Source: Elusimicrobiota bacterium (GTDB lineage Bacteria > Elusimicrobiota > Elusimicrobia > UBA1565 > UBA9628). Taken from it: a DNA stretch of 64,000 nt. The stretch lies in assembly GCA_027452025.1 (NCBI GenBank), contig DAIDHI010000033.1, forward strand, positions 4,737 through 68,736. The letters are read 5' to 3'. The notes under the pieces were generated by a model. The model did not search any database. It saw nothing but the letters and a program-made list of their open reading frames with translations, and was not told where the DNA came from. Within the stretch, counting starts at the first letter, position 1. Each line of letters begins with the position of its first letter. The translations under genes and the position numbers were made by a program. Shown here piece by piece: positions 45,701-55,696 of this stretch.

Positions 45701-46213
45701 ATGTTGGCTCCTTTGGCCGTTTGTTTGCTCGCCCTGACGCCCGCCCGCGCCTCCCTCGACGGCTCCAACTCGCCTACGCTCACGCTCTTGAACCGCACGG
45801 CCGCCCAGGACACGGCCGCGGCGGGCGCGACGCGCCCCGAGGACTCCAAGGAGCAGGCCTCTCAGGCCTTCACCGGAGGCAGCCCCGCCGCTTCGGCGCC
45901 TCTGCCTACCGGCACGGCCGCCAACGGGCAATCCTACATCATGGTCGGCCAAAGCCCCATCCAGGGCATCAGCATCTATACCCCGAAGCTCGATCCGAGC
46001 GGCCACGGGACCACCGGCCAGCCTACGGCCCGGGATTTCATCAGCCGCAAGAAGGTCTTCGGCGCGGGGGCCCTTGGCGCGGCCGCCGTGGTCGGAGGCT
46101 TGATGGCGGGCGGGGGCTTGGGAGCGGCCCTGCTCGTGCTCGGCGGAGCGCTGCTCGGCGTCGCGGCGCTTTTTGGCTGGCTCAACCACAAGCTCAAGAA
46201 GGGCAAGCGCTGA
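45701..46213 (+). CDS. Hypothetical secreted protein with a C-terminal glycine-zipper membrane segment
   Basis: Signal peptide MLAPLAVCLLALTPARA. C-terminal GAGALGAAAVVGGLMAGGGLGAALLVLGGALLGVAALFGW followed by KLKKGKR. Confidence 0.5.
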   Translation: MLAPLAVCLLALTPARASLDGSNSPTLTLLNRTAAQDTAAAGATRPEDSKEQASQAFTGGSPAASAPLPTGTAANGQSYIMVGQSPIQGISIYTPKLDPSGHGTTGQPTARDFISRKKVFGAGALGAAAVVGGLMAGGGLGAALLVLGGALLGVAALFGWLNHKLKKGKR

Positions 46214-46228
46214 GGACGCGCCGCCTGG

Positions 46229-47116
46229 ATGAGCGGGCCGCGCGACCTCATCTTAGCCGCTGCCGCGACCGGCTCCTTCCTGCTTTGCCTCTCCGTGGCC
46301 AGCCGCTGCAGGCCTTCCCCGGCGCCTCGCTGGGCCGCTGAAACGGCCGCCCAGGCCGCGACCGGCGGCGACGGCGGCGTCACGCCCGCTTATCAGCGCC
46401 TCTGGAGCACGCCCCAAGACTACCTCGCCGACTACGGCTTCGAGAACTTCAACCGGGACCGCCTCTCGGTCCATTATCAGGTCCCGCGCTGGGCCCTGGG
46501 CCCATATGAAGCGCAGTTCGGCTACCGGCCGGCCGAAGCCGCCGCCATCTCCGACTCCGCGCGAGCCGCGGCCTATTTCGAATCTCGCGGTTTCCGGGTG
46601 CTCAGGCCCGGAGTGGTGGCCGTCGACATGCCGCAGCTGGTACGAAAGAACGCTGCGCTCGTGCGGCCCGTGGCCGCCGCCCTGGACCGCACCGCGCGCC
46701 TGCGCTCCTACGGCTCCGACGACGTCATCGGCGCGGCCGCCTCCTTGGTGCAGACCGCCATCCGCTATCAGGTGCCGGCCCTTGAGGTCGACGGCCGCGA
46801 CACGGCGGGCGTGCTGCAGCCGGTATCCGTGCTCGTGCGCGGCTTCGGTGACTGCGACACCAAGACCGGGCTGCTGGCGTCGCTTCTGGCCAACTGGCCG
46901 CGCATGCGCATGCTGGGAGTCGCCTTGCCCGGGCACTATCTCATGGGCGTGCTGCGCCTGCCCGGCCAGGGCGACGCCTATGTGGAGTACGACGGGCTCG
47001 ATTACGACCTCGTCGAGGCCGCCGGCCCGGCCTGGCTTCCGATCGGCATGGTCTCCGAGCACACGATGGCGCTGCTCGAGGCAGCCGACGGCTACCGCAT
47101 CGATCCGTTCTTCTAG
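46229..47116 (+). CDS. Hypothetical exported protein with a transglutaminase/papain-like Cys-His-Asp arrangement
   Basis: N-terminal hydrophobic segment. Candidate triad RGFGDCDTKTGLLASLL, then PGHYLMGV, then YDGLDYDLVEA. Confidence 0.5.
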   Translation: MSGPRDLILAAAATGSFLLCLSVASRCRPSPAPRWAAETAAQAATGGDGGVTPAYQRLWSTPQDYLADYGFENFNRDRLSVHYQVPRWALGPYEAQFGYRPAEAAAISDSARAAAYFESRGFRVLRPGVVAVDMPQLVRKNAALVRPVAAALDRTARLRSYGSDDVIGAAASLVQTAIRYQVPALEVDGRDTAGVLQPVSVLVRGFGDCDTKTGLLASLLANWPRMRMLGVALPGHYLMGVLRLPGQGDAYVEYDGLDYDLVEAAGPAWLPIGMVSEHTMALLEAADGYRIDPFF

Positions 47117-47125
47117 GAGAAAGAC

Positions 47126-47671
47126 ATGTTTTTCACCCACATCCTCGTCGGCTTGTTCGACTTCACGCTCGCCGTGGTCATGTCCGCGCTGATCATCTTC
47201 CTCACTTACCGGGTCTTCATCGCCGCCAATCCGGACTTCGACATGGAGGAGGAGATCCGCAAGGGCAACGTCGCCGTCGGCACGCTCGTGGCCGCGATCC
47301 TCTTCGCCGCGTCCATGATCCTCCAGAAGGGGATGGATTCCGTCGTCGGCATGGTGCGCCTGCGCCTGATCGCGCCGGCGGAGACGGGCTTCACGCTTTG
47401 GCAGCTGCTGTGGCTTTGCCTTGGGCAGCTGGCCATGTCGATGGTCCTGGCGCTTCTGACCGTCTCCATCACCCTGCGCCTCTTCGGGCGCCTGGCCCGG
47501 GTGCGCGGCTGGCGGCCGGGAGCGGAGCTGCAAAGAGGCAATCTCGCCGCCGGAATCCTGCTTTCCGCAGCCGTCGTGGTCGCGTCCCTCTACGTCGGCG
47601 AGGGCGTCAGCGCCCTCTCCAAGGCCCTGACGCCGCAGCCCGTGATCGGGCAAGTCCAGATCATGCGCTGA
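47126..47671 (+). CDS. DUF350-like membrane protein (two repeats)
   Basis: Two copies of a TM/TM unit each preceded by a small polar loop (EEEIRKGNVAVG and AELQRGNLAAG), the pattern I associate with YjfL/DUF350. Confidence 0.55.
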   Translation: MFFTHILVGLFDFTLAVVMSALIIFLTYRVFIAANPDFDMEEEIRKGNVAVGTLVAAILFAASMILQKGMDSVVGMVRLRLIAPAETGFTLWQLLWLCLGQLAMSMVLALLTVSITLRLFGRLARVRGWRPGAELQRGNLAAGILLSAAVVVASLYVGEGVSALSKALTPQPVIGQVQIMR

Positions 47672-47709
47672 CCGTCAAAAAATCGTTGAAATAGCGTCAT
47701 TTTTTAAAA

Positions 47710-47738
47710 TTGACTCCCTGATGACGATTAGTTAGAAT
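47710..47738 (+). promoter_or_regulatory. Near-consensus sigma70 promoter TTGACT-17 nt-TAGAAT for the pyrimidine cluster
   Basis: Seen in the AT-rich spacer. A 6-bp inverted repeat, cgtcat (47695-47700) and atgacg (47721-47726), brackets the -35 element. Confidence 0.55.
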
Positions 47739-47756
47739 GGGCCATTCCCCTAGGCC

Positions 47757-49163
47757 ATGCCCGCATCCGATTCCCGCCGCGATTTCGAAAAGCGCTTCCA
47801 GGAGCTTCATCCCGCCTTGCGCCCGGAGGAAGCGGCCGTCGAGGCCAATCGCTGCCTGTACTGCTATGACGCCCCCTGCGTGCGGGCCTGCCCCACGCAC
47901 ATCGACGTCCCGCGCTTCATCAAGCAGATCGCGTCGGGAAACCTGAGCGGCTCGGCCAAGACGATCCTCGAGGCCAACGCCTTCGGCCACTCCTGCGCCC
48001 GGGCCTGTCCGGTGGAGGTCCTGTGCGAAGGCGCCTGCGTCTACCACGATTGGCAGGAACGTCCCATCTCCATCGCCGCCCTGCAGCGCCGGGCCACCGA
48101 TTTTCTACAGGCGCAAGGGCGCTCGCCGTTCGCGCCCGGCCCCGACGCCGGCTTCAAGGTCGCCGTCGTAGGCGCGGGGCCCGCGGGCCTTTCCTGCGCG
48201 GCCTATCTGCGCCGCCTCGGCTACGGCGTGACCGTCTTCGATCGCGAAAAGACGCCGGGCGGCCTCAACACCTTCGGGATCGCGCAATACAAGATGTCGA
48301 AGGAAGTCTCGCTCGACGAGATAGAACGAATCCTCAAGCTCGGCATCGAGCTCAAGCTGGGCGTCGAGATCGGCAAGGACCTCCCGGCCGCGCGGCTGCT
48401 CTCAGATTTCGACGCGATCTTCCTGGGCGTCGGCCTGGGGGCCACCAAGGCCCTCGGCGTCAAGGGAGAGGCCCTGGACGGCGTGTGGGACGCCCTCTCC
48501 TTCATCCGCCACGTCAAGGACCGCGATCTCAAGCCCCTGGGCCAAAGCGAGTGCACCGTCGTCATCGGCGCCGGAAACACCGCCATCGACGCCGTCACGC
48601 AGTCCAAGCGGGCCGGCGCGCGCCGCGTGGTCATGGCCTACCGACGCGGCGAGGCGGACATGGGCGCTTACGGCTTCGAATACGCCCTGGCCAAATCCGA
48701 CGGCGCGCAATTTCTTTGGAACGCCGCGCCCGTCGAAGTCCTCGGGCGCCGGCGCGTCGAAGGCGTCGCCTTCGAAAAGACCGCGGTGCGCGGCGGCAAG
48801 GTCGTCTCCCTGCCCCGCAGCCGCTTCACCGTCGCCTGCGACCGCGTGATCAAGGCCATCGGGCAAAGCAAGCTCGCGGGCCTGGCCGGCGAGCTCGGGC
48901 TGCGGCTGGCGGCCGACGGGCGCATCGCCGTCGAGGCCCGGACCCTGCGCACCTCCCAGCCGCGGATCTTCGCGGGCGGCGACTCCGTCAACGGGGGTAA
49001 AGAGGTGGTCAACGCCGCCGCCGACGGCAAGCGGGCCGCCTACGGCATCCACCTGGCCCTGCGGCCGGGGGCCCCGGTCCCCGCCGGCAACGAGTATTGG
49101 GTCTCCACCATCGACGGCCGCCGCGTGGCGCCGATCCCGCAAAAAGAGCTGATCCATGGCTGA
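47757..49163 (+). CDS. preT: NAD-dependent dihydropyrimidine dehydrogenase subunit PreT (GltD-like)
   Basis: 4Fe-4S region CLYCYDAPCVRACP ... CARACPVEVLCEGAC and dinucleotide motif VAVVGAGPAGLSCA. Confidence 0.85.
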   Translation: MPASDSRRDFEKRFQELHPALRPEEAAVEANRCLYCYDAPCVRACPTHIDVPRFIKQIASGNLSGSAKTILEANAFGHSCARACPVEVLCEGACVYHDWQERPISIAALQRRATDFLQAQGRSPFAPGPDAGFKVAVVGAGPAGLSCAAYLRRLGYGVTVFDREKTPGGLNTFGIAQYKMSKEVSLDEIERILKLGIELKLGVEIGKDLPAARLLSDFDAIFLGVGLGATKALGVKGEALDGVWDALSFIRHVKDRDLKPLGQSECTVVIGAGNTAIDAVTQSKRAGARRVVMAYRRGEADMGAYGFEYALAKSDGAQFLWNAAPVEVLGRRRVEGVAFEKTAVRGGKVVSLPRSRFTVACDRVIKAIGQSKLAGLAGELGLRLAADGRIAVEARTLRTSQPRIFAGGDSVNGGKEVVNAAADGKRAAYGIHLALRPGAPVPAGNEYWVSTIDGRRVAPIPQKELIHG

Positions 49164-50499
49164 TCTTTCCACCGACTGCGCCGGCATAAAGTCTCCGAAC
49201 CCGTTTTGGCTGGCCTCGGCGCCGCCGACCAACTCCGGCGAGCAGGTCATGCGCGCCTTCGAGTACGGCTGGGGGGGGGCGGTCTGGAAGACGCTGGGCC
49301 AGGACCCGCCCGTCATCAACGTCACCTCGCGCTACGGCAGCCTGGATATCGGGGGCCAGAAGGCCGCGGGCTTCAACAACATCGAGCTGATCACGGACCG
49401 TCCGCTCGAGGACAATCTGCGCGAGATCTACCAGGTCAAGAAGCGCTTCCCGAAAAACGCCGTCGTCGCCTCGCTCATGGTCCCCTGCGAGCGGCAAGCC
49501 TGGCACGACATCGTGGCTAAGGTCATCGACGCGGGCAGCGACGGCATCGAGCTGAACTTCGGCTGCCCGCACGGCATGAGCGAGCGCGGGATGGGGTCGG
49601 CGGTCGGGCAGGTGCCCGAATACGTCCAGATGGTCACCGAGTTCGTCAAGGAGAAGTCGACGATCCCGGTCCTGGTCAAGCTCACCCCGAACGTGGCCGA
49701 CGTCCGCTACCCCGCCCGCGCCGCCAAGGCCGGCGGCGCCGACGGCGTCTCGCTGATCAACACCATCAACTCCATCGTCGGCATCGATCTCGAGACGCTC
49801 AAGCCGAAGTTCTCGGTGGGCGGCAAGCTCGCCCACGGCGGCTATTGCGGTCCGGCGGTCAAGCCGATCGCCCTCAATATGGTGAGCCAGATCGCCAACG
49901 ATCCGCAGACCCAGGGCCTGCCCATCTCCGGCATCGGCGGCATCTCGACTTGGGCCGACGCCGTCGAATTCATGCTTCTGGGCTCCTCCTCCGTGCAGCT
50001 GTGCACGGCCGTCATGCACTACGGCTTTCGCATCATCGAGGAGCTCACGGCAGGGCTTGAGGACTGGATGGAGGCGCGGGGCTTTGCGAAGATCTCGGAG
50101 TTCGTGGGGCGTTCGGCGCCGAGCATCGTCGAATGGAAGCAGCTCAACCTCCACCACAAGACGGTGGCCCGCATCGACCGCGACCGGTGCATCGGCTGCG
50201 ATCTGTGCTACGTGGCCTGCAACGACACGGCGCACCAGTGCATCGTCCTGCCCAAAGCGAAGGGCAAGGCCGCCCGCAAGCCCATCGTCATCGAGGAGGA
50301 CTGCGTCGGCTGCAATCTCTGCTCGATCGTCTGTCCGGTGGACGGCTGCATTACGATGACGGAGATAGCGACCGGCCTTGAGCCGCTGACGTGGGAGCAG
50401 CATGTCAAGGGCGGCCGCTACAGCGACGTCTACCGCCGGATGCACGGGCAGCCGTCGACGGCCAAGCGGCCCGGGAAGAGCCTTTCGAATGCCGCCTGA
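49156..50499 (+). CDS. preA: Dihydropyrimidine dehydrogenase subunit PreA (DHOD-like TIM barrel plus 2x[4Fe-4S])
   Basis: GIELNFGCPHGM, and the C-terminal CIGCDLCYVACND and CVGCNLCSIVCP motifs. Overlaps preT by 8 nt. Confidence 0.85.
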   Translation: MADLSTDCAGIKSPNPFWLASAPPTNSGEQVMRAFEYGWGGAVWKTLGQDPPVINVTSRYGSLDIGGQKAAGFNNIELITDRPLEDNLREIYQVKKRFPKNAVVASLMVPCERQAWHDIVAKVIDAGSDGIELNFGCPHGMSERGMGSAVGQVPEYVQMVTEFVKEKSTIPVLVKLTPNVADVRYPARAAKAGGADGVSLINTINSIVGIDLETLKPKFSVGGKLAHGGYCGPAVKPIALNMVSQIANDPQTQGLPISGIGGISTWADAVEFMLLGSSSVQLCTAVMHYGFRIIEELTAGLEDWMEARGFAKISEFVGRSAPSIVEWKQLNLHHKTVARIDRDRCIGCDLCYVACNDTAHQCIVLPKAKGKAARKPIVIEEDCVGCNLCSIVCPVDGCITMTEIATGLEPLTWEQHVKGGRYSDVYRRMHGQPSTAKRPGKSLSNAA

Positions 50500-50989
50500 A
50501 ACGGACAACCTCAAGCTGGAAGAGCTTTACCTGGCCGATCAGGGCGACCGCTCCAAGGTCTACGACTCGCCCGCCGGGCTCAAGGACCTCGAGCAGCGCG
50601 ACGCCATGCGCCGGGCCCTGGTCGGCGAGATGATCTCGCGCGGCGAGGTGAGCACGCCCAACGACCTCTACCACGCCGCCGTCATCCTCCTGCACGGAGG
50701 CGAGCCGACGCAGTTCCTGACGGCCCACCGCTTCGCCTGCATGGCGGCGATCAACGGCCACCGGCCGTCTCGCTGGCTCATGGCCGCGACGCTCGACCGC
50801 TTCCTCATGGCCGTGGGCCAGCCGCAGGTCTACGGCACGCAATTCGAGCACGACCGGCAGTCCAATCAGTATCAGCTGCGCCTGCCCATCGACGACGCGC
50901 AGATCCTCTCTTTCGAGAAGAAGTTCTTCAACGTCCCGACCGTTTCCGAGCGGCTGTCCCAGCTCAACGGCCGGCTGTCCAACAAATGA
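50489..50989 (+). CDS. Hypothetical protein (166 aa) embedded in the pyrimidine cluster
   Basis: MPPETDNLKLEELYLADQGDRSKVY... with balanced composition. The ORF sits in the 510-nt interval between the preA stop and the amidohydrolase start, overlapping preA by 11 nt. I recognise no family with confidence. Confidence 0.5.
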   Translation: MPPETDNLKLEELYLADQGDRSKVYDSPAGLKDLEQRDAMRRALVGEMISRGEVSTPNDLYHAAVILLHGGEPTQFLTAHRFACMAAINGHRPSRWLMAATLDRFLMAVGQPQVYGTQFEHDRQSNQYQLRLPIDDAQILSFEKKFFNVPTVSERLSQLNGRLSNK

Positions 50990-51009
50990 ACCACTGCGGA
51001 GGCCCTTCC

Positions 51010-51885
51010 ATGTCGCGAACCGTGCGCTGCGGACTCATCCAGACGTCGTGCGATTGGTCCACCCCCAAGCACTCCCTCAAGGAGATCAAGAAGAAGATGA
51101 TCGACAAGCACGTGCCGATCATCGAGAAGGCCGGCAAGGACGGCGTGCAGATCCTCTGCATGCAGGAAATCTTTTACGGGCCCTATTTCTGCGCCGAGCA
51201 GGACGACAAGTGGTACGATACGGCCGAGCCCATCCCCGGCCCGACGACCAAGCTCATGCAGAAGCTGGCCAAGAAGCACAAGATGGCGATCGTCGTCCCG
51301 ATCTACGAGACGCCCGCCGTCGGGACCTATTACAACACGGCCGCCGTCATCGACGCCGACGGCGAGATCCTGGGGATCTACCGCAAGAACCACATCCCGC
51401 ATTGCGCGCCCGGCTTCTGGGAGAAGTTCTACTTCAAGCCCGGGAACCTCGGCTATCCGGTCTTCCAGACGAAATACGCGAAAGTGGGCGTCTATATCTG
51501 CTATGACCGGCACTTCCCGGACGGCGCGCGCATCCTGGGCCTGGGCGGCGCCGAGATCGTCTTCAATCCCTCGGCGACCGTCGCCGGGCTTTCCGAATAT
51601 CTCTGGAAGCTCGAGCAGCCGGCCCACTGCGTGGCCAACCAGTATTTCCTGGGCGCCATCAACCGCGTCGGACGCGAGAAGCCGTGGAACATCGGCGAGT
51701 TTTACGGCCAGTCCTATTTCTGCGACCCGCGCGGGCAGATGCTGGCCGTCGGACCCCGCGACAAGGACGCGCTGGTGACCGCCGATATCGATCTCGACGA
51801 GATCCTGGAGGTCCGCAAGACCTGGCAGTTCTTCCGCGACCGCCGGCCGGAGACCTATCAGCCGCTCGTCGAGCAATTGCCCTGA
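51010..51885 (+). CDS. Beta-ureidopropionase-like carbon-nitrogen hydrolase (nitrilase superfamily)
   Basis: Glu-Lys-Cys triad contexts LCMQEIFYGPYF, IYRKNHIPH and VGVYICYDRHFPD. GGAGG SD 7 nt before ATG 51010 (an alternative ATG at 50986 overlaps the upstream stop). Confidence 0.8.
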   Translation: MSRTVRCGLIQTSCDWSTPKHSLKEIKKKMIDKHVPIIEKAGKDGVQILCMQEIFYGPYFCAEQDDKWYDTAEPIPGPTTKLMQKLAKKHKMAIVVPIYETPAVGTYYNTAAVIDADGEILGIYRKNHIPHCAPGFWEKFYFKPGNLGYPVFQTKYAKVGVYICYDRHFPDGARILGLGGAEIVFNPSATVAGLSEYLWKLEQPAHCVANQYFLGAINRVGREKPWNIGEFYGQSYFCDPRGQMLAVGPRDKDALVTADIDLDEILEVRKTWQFFRDRRPETYQPLVEQLP

Positions 51886-51900
51886 TCGAGACCGACTAGC

Positions 51901-53379
<1,479 letters not shown>

Positions 53380-53381
53380 CC

Positions 53382-54779
53382 ATGTCCTACGAACTCGTCA
53401 TCAAGGGCGCGACCGTCATCAGCGCCGCCGACACCTTCGTCGCCGACCTCGCCGTCGAGCACGGCAAGATCGCCGCCCTCGGCCGCATCGAACCGAACGG
53501 CTCCCGCGTCGTCGACGCGCGCGGCTGCGTGGCCGTGCCTGGCGGCATCGACGTCCACACCCATTTCGACATGCCCTTCATGGGCGCGACGACGGCCGAC
53601 GACTTCACCAGCGGCTCGACCGGCGCGGTCTTTGGCGGCACCACGACGGTCGTCGATTTCGCCATCCAAAAGAGAGGCGAGTCCCTCAAAAAAGCCCTGG
53701 ACACGTGGCATGAGAAAGCCGAGGGGAAATCCGCCGTCGACTACGCCTTCCACATGATCGTCGTAGACCTGCCCGAAAAGCGCGTCAAGGAGATGGATGA
53801 CCTGGTCAAGGAAGGCATCTCTTCCTTCAAGCTCTTCATGGCCTATCCGGGCATCTTCATGAGCGACGACGCGACCATCTTCCGCGCGCTGACCCGGACC
53901 AAGGAAAACGGCGGCATGATCTGCATGCACGCCGAGAACGGGGGAGTCATCGACGTGCTCGTCAAGAAGGCGCTGGCGGAGGGGAAGATCGAGCCGAAAT
54001 ACCACGCGCTGACCCGGCCGATGTCGGCCGAAGCCGAGGCCACGCGCCGCGCCATCGCGCTCTCCGATATGGCCGGCGTGCCGATCTACTTCGTGCATCT
54101 TTCGGCCGGGGACGCCATGGCGGAGGTGCGGCGGGCGCGCGAGCGGGGCCAGGCGGTCTTCGCGGAGACCTGCCCGCAGTATCTTTATCTCTCCTACGAG
54201 GATTACGAGCGTCCCGGCTTCGAGGGCGCGAAATTCGTCATGAGCCCGCCCCTGCGGCCCCGGGGCAACGAAGAGCGGCTCTGGAAGGGCCTGGTGCGCA
54301 ACGACCTGCAGGTCGTCTCCACCGACCATTGCTCCTTCTGCATGAAGGCCACGCCCTCCAAGCCCGGCAAGGAGCTGGGCAAGAAGGACTTTTCCAAGAT
54401 CCCCAACGGCGCGCCCGGCGTCGAGACGCGCATGCTCCTGCTCTGGGACGCCGTCTCGCAGGGCCGCCTGACCCCCAACCGCTTCGTCGACGTGACGTCG
54501 ACGACCCCGGCCAAGCTTTTCGGGCTCTATCCGCGCAAAGGGCATCTGTCGCCCGGCGCCGACGCCGACATCGTGCTCATCGACCCGAAGAAGAAGACCA
54601 CCTTCAGCGCCAAGACGCACCACACCGCAGCCGACTACAACCCCTACGAGGGTAAGACCGTGGCCGGCGCCATCCGCGACGTGTTCATCCGGGGCGAGCA
54701 TATGGTGGGAGGGGGGCGCATGACCGGCCGCGCCAGCCACGGCTCCTTTCTCAAGCGGGCGCCCCGGAGCGGGCATTGA
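53382..54779 (+). CDS. Dihydropyrimidinase (D-hydantoinase)
   Basis: Metal ligands GGIDVHTHFDMP, the carbamylated-lysine context SSFKLFMAY, and VSTDHC. Confidence 0.9.
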   Translation: MSYELVIKGATVISAADTFVADLAVEHGKIAALGRIEPNGSRVVDARGCVAVPGGIDVHTHFDMPFMGATTADDFTSGSTGAVFGGTTTVVDFAIQKRGESLKKALDTWHEKAEGKSAVDYAFHMIVVDLPEKRVKEMDDLVKEGISSFKLFMAYPGIFMSDDATIFRALTRTKENGGMICMHAENGGVIDVLVKKALAEGKIEPKYHALTRPMSAEAEATRRAIALSDMAGVPIYFVHLSAGDAMAEVRRARERGQAVFAETCPQYLYLSYEDYERPGFEGAKFVMSPPLRPRGNEERLWKGLVRNDLQVVSTDHCSFCMKATPSKPGKELGKKDFSKIPNGAPGVETRMLLLWDAVSQGRLTPNRFVDVTSTTPAKLFGLYPRKGHLSPGADADIVLIDPKKKTTFSAKTHHTAADYNPYEGKTVAGAIRDVFIRGEHMVGGGRMTGRASHGSFLKRAPRSGH

Positions 54780-55672
54780 GGAGGGCTTGGCTCGCCATGG
54801 CGCTGGCCGTCTGGTCCGCCCTTCCTGCGGCGGGCGTCGAGACCTATTCGCCCTGCGCCAAGCCCGGCGAAAACCCGGCGATCATGGCCGTCAATAACAG
54901 CATCTCGCTAGCCTTCCTCAACGCCAACATGGACTACATCGAGCCCAGCGACTCGGGCGCCTTGCCGGTGACCAACTATAGCCCGGGCAACGGCGCCAAT
55001 TATCTCGATTACGAGGAGGGCAGCCTAAACGGCGCGCGGCTATCCGTCTCATGGATGAGCCCGACGTACGCGGACCTTTACGTCCAGGCGCAATGGGACG
55101 GTGCCACGGGGCAGGCGAACTATACCGGCTTCGACACCAACAACAATCCCGTGACCGGCATTTCCGGCGCGACGATCCAGGACTACCAGCTCAAGCTCGG
55201 AAAGGGCATCGTCACGGGCGAGAAGTGGATGCTCACGCCTTACGCCTCTTTCGGGGGGCGACATTGGACTCGCGTGATCGGCGAGGGGACCTCGGGCGAC
55301 TATAATGAGACCTACCAGCATTTCTATCTGGGGGTGGGCAGCTTGGTCCAGTACGCTGCGACCGACGCCTGGGTCATCACGGGCGAGGCGATGGTCGGCC
55401 GCACCTTTTACGCCTGGATCAACGACGCGCCCGACGGCCTCGACCACGCTCCCCTGGGAGCCGCCCCGATCCTCAAGCTGGGGCTGGAGGCGGATGCGCG
55501 CGCGGGCGAGCGCCTGCACCTCTTCGCCGGTTTCGACTACACCTACTTCACCTACGGCCAAAGCGACGTCTACCTCGTCCCCAACAGCAACCCGCAGGAG
55601 GTCGTGCTGGAGCCGATCAGCCGCACCCAGATGTTCGACGTCACCCTCGGAGCACGATTTTCGTACTTTTAG
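54776..55672 (+). CDS. Outer-membrane beta-barrel protein
   Basis: Signal peptide MRRAWLAMALAVWSALPAAG, alternating hydrophobic strands and a terminal aromatic signature GARFSYF. The TTG start overlaps the upstream stop. Confidence 0.6.
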   Translation: MRRAWLAMALAVWSALPAAGVETYSPCAKPGENPAIMAVNNSISLAFLNANMDYIEPSDSGALPVTNYSPGNGANYLDYEEGSLNGARLSVSWMSPTYADLYVQAQWDGATGQANYTGFDTNNNPVTGISGATIQDYQLKLGKGIVTGEKWMLTPYASFGGRHWTRVIGEGTSGDYNETYQHFYLGVGSLVQYAATDAWVITGEAMVGRTFYAWINDAPDGLDHAPLGAAPILKLGLEADARAGERLHLFAGFDYTYFTYGQSDVYLVPNSNPQEVVLEPISRTQMFDVTLGARFSYF

Positions 55673-55696
55673 CCGCCTAGCGACAGGAGAATAGAA

